NCBI GenBank assembly: GCA_965215265.1
Contig: OZ244048.1
Span: 2,141,743 to 2,205,742 of the forward strand
Reading direction: 5' to 3'
DNA: 64,000 nt
Source of the DNA: Candidatus Poribacteria bacterium
GTDB lineage: Bacteria; Poribacteria; WGA-4E; WGA-3G
The position numbers were made by a program, and so were the translations under genes. This document shows, in pieces, positions 60,161 through 64,000 of the stretch (position 1 is the stretch's first letter; each line of letters begins with the position of its first letter). Below the pieces are notes generated by a model. That model made no database searches. It had not been told where the DNA came from and saw nothing but the letters and a program-made list of their open reading frames with translations.

Positions 60161-60926
60161 GTGATTCCTCTTGTGAACCGAATGGGGGTTGCACCGTGGT
60201 AAAATTCTTATACAGGTCCTTACCGCGCAGGAGTATGGGCTTCCAGGGCCGTTTCAATGAATTCTCTTCGGCTTGCCGCACCGATGGCGGGATGTAGCGA
60301 ATCGTCAGTCCACAACGTCGACGGGTGGAGTGATTGGGAAGGCTGCCGTGAATTATCTGGCCATGGTGAATAGACATCTCCCCGGCTTTAAGCACCAAAT
60401 CGACGGCTGAGTCGGCCGCCTCCGTCGTGACAGAGACCTCCTGATTGATACTTAGTAGGTTCCCCGCCTGTTTCGATTTACCATGTGCCTGAATCCCCTG
60501 CTGATGGCTGCCAGGGATAACCTGCATGCATCCGTTCCCGGTGTCGCTGTCATCTACCGCGTACCAAGCGGTTATTGCCTCTGGTGGCTCAAGTCCCCAA
60601 TAGGTAACGTCTTGATGCCATGCGACAAATTTCTCGCGCGGGCCATATTTGCAGAAGAAGTGGGTGGCTAACAACATCACATCGGGCCCGATAATTTCTT
60701 CAATCACATCCACAATTTTCGGATGGGTTGCAAGTCCCCATATAAATTGATGCTCAAAATGCCAATCAACAAGTCCGATTTCGCATTTGTCTGCGCCGAC
60801 TTCGGCCTCCAACGCATTGTAAGCATCTTGATATCGTAGTGCTTCGGTTTCATCTGCAACGTGGATACCGGTTAAAAATCCATCCTTCCGGTACCGATTA
60901 GCCAGTTGTCCATTTGTCGTTTCCAT
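60141..60926 (-). CDS. second phytanoyl-CoA dioxygenase (PhyH)-family oxygenase
   Basis: RBS AAGGAGG before ATG 60926. …WHQD…PGSHQQG…IHHGQIIHGSLPN…R… 2OG-oxygenase pattern. Overlaps the FAD oxidase gene by 20 nt (operon). Confidence 0.55.
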   Translation of the reverse strand: METTNGQLANRYRKDGFLTGIHVADETEALRYQDAYNALEAEVGADKCEIGLVDWHFEHQFIWGLATHPKIVDVIEEIIGPDVMLLATHFFCKYGPREKFVAWHQDVTYWGLEPPEAITAWYAVDDSDTGNGCMQVIPGSHQQGIQAHGKSKQAGNLLSINQEVSVTTEAADSAVDLVLKAGEMSIHHGQIIHGSLPNHSTRRRCGLTIRYIPPSVRQAEENSLKRPWKPILLRGKDLYKNFTTVQPPFGSQEESHANSYL

Positions 60927-61330
60927 GTAATGTCCTCCTTTACCATTTTGTAACGCGTGCCGATATCTGTTATCAGAGTTTAGCAAAAAACACACAATTT
61001 GTCCAGTTTAAAATAGTGTTATTGAATGAAGTTGTTTACAACCACCCGCTGCATGTTTCTCTGAACCGTAGCGGATGGAGCCACAAGCACTTGCCTATCC
61101 TTAAAATTCTGATAGAGACAGTTTAGTTCTCCGCTAAGAACGAAGGCTAAATTGCTAGACTCCCCTATAGGAGGGCTTGACATCCTTCGCAAATCTGAGA
61201 GAGAGAATGTTGAAAACTAAATGCCCCTAAAATCTTGACAAATTCGCTTTTTTGTGTTACACTAAAAAAAAGCACTAACGTGAACAGATACTACCGTTTA
61301 TTTTTCAGACATCAACTTAGGAAGTTTACT

Positions 61331-61882
61331 ATGCTTATTACCATGCCGAAGACGTTTTTTTTCTATGGGGTGTTTATGCTTTGTGTCTTGTTTTCTGCTT
61401 GTGTAGAAGAGACACAAGTTGATGAATTTGTTGAAAATGCCCAGCAGGAAAAGGTCCCTGAGGAACCTGCAGCCACCTTGCCTGGCCTTCCGCTAGATGT
61501 CGCTGGCTACACAAAGTGGCTCAAACTGAACGCGGAACCTATTCCTCCTGTTGCTGGGGGTGACCCGCATAACGGGACAAAAAATGTGTACGTCAACCAA
61601 ACGCGAGAAAAACTCACAGCAAATGGTGAGCAGCAGTTCCCTTACCCCGAAGGCAGCATCGTTGTCAAAGAAGCGTCCCGTCCTAATAAGTCGTATGTTG
61701 GACTTATCGCTATTATGCGAAAGGTAGCCGGCACAGACCCGGCGCACAACGACTGGGAGTTCATTGAGTATACGCGAAATGCGCCGGATGCGGATTTCCG
61801 CGTCATTGCCTCTGGTGGAATCTGTTGGGGATGTCACGCCCGGGTTAAAGAGAGTGACTATGTTTTTACGCTACTTGATTAA
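61331..61882 (+). CDS. cytochrome P460-family mono-heme protein (lipoprotein-type signal)
   Basis: RBS AGGAAG. …NVYVNQ…FPYPEGSIVVKE…NDWEFIEY… and a C-terminal CWGCH heme motif followed by …DYVFT. Confidence 0.6.
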   Translation: MLITMPKTFFFYGVFMLCVLFSACVEETQVDEFVENAQQEKVPEEPAATLPGLPLDVAGYTKWLKLNAEPIPPVAGGDPHNGTKNVYVNQTREKLTANGEQQFPYPEGSIVVKEASRPNKSYVGLIAIMRKVAGTDPAHNDWEFIEYTRNAPDADFRVIASGGICWGCHARVKESDYVFTLLD

Positions 61883-61894
61883 AGGAGAGAATTT

Positions 61895-63130
61895 TTGTCG
61901 ACAGTTTACAATAGATTGATGACATTCATATTGAATTATGAAAAATGCGGCACATTTTTCAGAGCTGCTTCACTTCTCATCGCTATGGTTTCGATATGTC
62001 TTGTTGTGCCTGAGGCGACTGAGGCACGTCCGGAATTTGCAGCCGAATTAGAAAAAGAATGTAACTTTTGCCATATTGACCCGGCCGGCGGGGGTCCGCG
62101 AAACCGTATCGGAGAAATTTTTGAGGATAATTATTTTGAATTCCCTGAAGATTTTGACATGGAAGCCGTAATGGAGGAAGCAAAAGAAATTGTCAAACAA
62201 CTCACAACCTCTCTTGATTTGCAAACCGCTTTTATCAAGAGCATGCATGTGGACGAAGCCGAAAACACGGTTGCCGGATGTAATTCGTGTCACTCTTCAA
62301 TTGATAGATTTCTCCTGATGCAAGCAGAGGTGACGTTCAATGCACAGGCCTCCGAACACGTACGGCTAACCCTTTCTAATAACGTTGGAACGACACTCAA
62401 TGCATTTGCCACTGTAGATGCTATTCCAAAGCATCTCTACGTCAAGGTAGGACAATTCCGCTTACCTTTCGGTATTAAGCAAAAGGACCACAATATCCTT
62501 GTCCGCGAGGGTTATGGGCTCGGTTCTAACAAACGCAATGTCGGCGTAGAGCTTGGGGGTAGCCTTGGAAGAGTTTTTTACAATGCTGCCTTTTTTAATG
62601 CGAAGAATGCAACAGCCTCCGGCACACTAGGAACCGTTGGCGGGCAAATCGGTCCGATTCGAGCAGGTGTTTCTGGCAGAGTTGACCGGAACACTGAGGA
62701 ATGGGAACGCCTCATCGGCTTATTTATGACAACCTCCTATGCAGGCCTGAGCTTAGAAGGGGAGTTCAATTTGGGGAATACTGGTGTACTCAATGACAGT
62801 TCAGTCATATCACCTTACATCGCTGCTTTGACACCGGATGCTGTTGATTCAAAAGGCTACTATGTCGGGGCAAAATACCGTATCCATCCCCAATTGAGTG
62901 TTGCCTGCCGCTACGGGCTGTTTGATCCGGATAGAACTATCAAGGGCGACGCAGCCAGACGTGTAACGCTCAGTGGGCATTACAATTTTATGGAAAACGG
63001 GGCAATTTCACTCTTCTATTGGTCAAACTTGGCAAATCCTGACCGGGGTACGTCACACCGTAATACCGGCATGTCCCGGCAGCTGCAAGGCACAGATCAG
63101 GTGATTGTAATGTCACGATTCTGGTTTTAA
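61895..63130 (+). CDS. di-heme c-type cytochrome fused to a porin-like outer-membrane beta-barrel (Cyc2-like architecture)
   Basis: RBS AAGGAG plus TTG. Signal peptide. CNFCH and CNSCH heme motifs in the first 135 aa. Then ~275 aa of amphipathic beta-strand pattern ending …VMSRFWF-stop. Confidence 0.5.
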   Translation: MSTVYNRLMTFILNYEKCGTFFRAASLLIAMVSICLVVPEATEARPEFAAELEKECNFCHIDPAGGGPRNRIGEIFEDNYFEFPEDFDMEAVMEEAKEIVKQLTTSLDLQTAFIKSMHVDEAENTVAGCNSCHSSIDRFLLMQAEVTFNAQASEHVRLTLSNNVGTTLNAFATVDAIPKHLYVKVGQFRLPFGIKQKDHNILVREGYGLGSNKRNVGVELGGSLGRVFYNAAFFNAKNATASGTLGTVGGQIGPIRAGVSGRVDRNTEEWERLIGLFMTTSYAGLSLEGEFNLGNTGVLNDSSVISPYIAALTPDAVDSKGYYVGAKYRIHPQLSVACRYGLFDPDRTIKGDAARRVTLSGHYNFMENGAISLFYWSNLANPDRGTSHRNTGMSRQLQGTDQVIVMSRFWF

Positions 63131-63168
63131 CAATTGAGATTAACTTGAGTCAATACGGAGGATTAAAA

Positions 63169-64000
63169 GTGATACCTCAATTCTCAAAACGTTTTCTCAT
63201 AGGGATTATCGGTTTCCTCGTGCTCATCATTATTGTAGGTATTTTCTACATTGTGCGCACCCAGGTGGGTGCGAGAATCAACTACAGTGTCAAAACGTTC
63301 ACTCCTCAAGATGAGGTCCCGCAATGGGTAGATTTCTCAATTACCTTGTCGGAACCTGTGATTGATAATTTTCAAATGGGTTCTGAAGTGCCGCAGGACG
63401 CTATCCAATTCACCCCTGCCATTGACGGGAAAGCGCAGTGGATAGCCCTCGATAGAGTTGATTTCTTTTTAGAGAGTGCGTTGGCCCCTTCGACTCAGTA
63501 CACGGTGGAGCTGACCTCCAAATTGAGTCCATCTAGTGTTTTTATGTTGACGGGGCGGCGCACTTTTAAATTTGCGACGCAACGTTTTGCTGTGGTTGAA
63601 ACCGCTATTGAATTCAAGTATGACAAGGCGCGGCAGAATGCTAAAGCGGTCGGCAGCATTTCTTTCAACTATCCGATAAATATAGCCGATTTAAAGGCAC
63701 ATCTTTCTGTACAACATGACGATGGGACGGAAATCCCGTATCAAATCCTGCCTGGTGCCTCAACGGAAACGCGTATGGTGAAACTGGAAACCGTCCAAAT
63801 CCCGCGCGAACTTGAAGATCAGTTAATTAAGATAAAGATAGAAAAAGGGTTCAAATGTATTGGGGCGCAGCTCGGGCTCAAAGCTGCCAGCATTACGCCG
63901 ATAATCCTGAACGGTAGTGGTACACTGGGTGTTACGTACTGTAATGTCACAGAGAGGGCGGGTAACCCGTATTTCGCGCTCCGATTTAGCACGCCGATCA
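63169..64000 (+). CDS. hypothetical membrane-anchored protein, 3'-truncated by the window end
   Basis: RBS GGAGGA plus GTG. N-terminal TM FLIGIIGFLVLIIIVGIFYIV. The ORF is open to the end of the window. Confidence 0.4.
   Translation, partial: MIPQFSKRFLIGIIGFLVLIIIVGIFYIVRTQVGARINYSVKTFTPQDEVPQWVDFSITLSEPVIDNFQMGSEVPQDAIQFTPAIDGKAQWIALDRVDFFLESALAPSTQYTVELTSKLSPSSVFMLTGRRTFKFATQRFAVVETAIEFKYDKARQNAKAVGSISFNYPINIADLKAHLSVQHDDGTEIPYQILPGASTETRMVKLETVQIPRELEDQLIKIKIEKGFKCIGAQLGLKAASITPIILNGSGTLGVTYCNVTERAGNPYFALRFSTPI

Noticed and set aside
1-64000. tRNA or rRNA genes
   Set aside because: No cloverleaf-compatible GTTCGAATC-type T-arm motifs or rRNA-like conserved blocks were noticed on either strand.

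Overview
This is a chromosomal segment from a Gram-negative (diderm) bacterium, about 50% GC, with canonical sigma70 promoters and Shine-Dalgarno sites. The housekeeping backbone is gltB, ggt, lpdA, a methyl-cycle cluster (metK, ahcY, PfkB kinase), rpsA, mfd, a surA-like x3 / LptD-like envelope-biogenesis block, and an alpha carbonic anhydrase. Between these sit accessory modules. The most unusual is at 3.2-9.8 kb: a giant acidic outer-membrane-type protein, a tandem CarboxypepD_reg-domain protein, an ExbB/TolQ channel fused to a CarboxypepD_reg domain that is 98% nt-identical to its neighbour, two ExbD genes and a decayed third exbD, with no TonB present. Also notable are an LptD-like barrel with a parvulin (SurA-type) domain and a 42-bp acidic tandem repeat embedded in it, and a sigma-less partner-switching cluster (3 STAS, RsbW-like kinase, REC-PP2C, REC, PAS histidine kinase, Usp). 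A cytochrome P460 sits next to a di-heme cytochrome-porin fusion. Two dispersed intergenic repeat families occur, one bracketing a Zn-metallopeptidase gene as direct repeats. There is a frameshifted beta-helix pseudogene and a promoter-fed GC-rich non-coding island. No rRNA, tRNA or CRISPR was recognised. All protein-family calls come from motif and architecture recognition by eye and are unverified by search.
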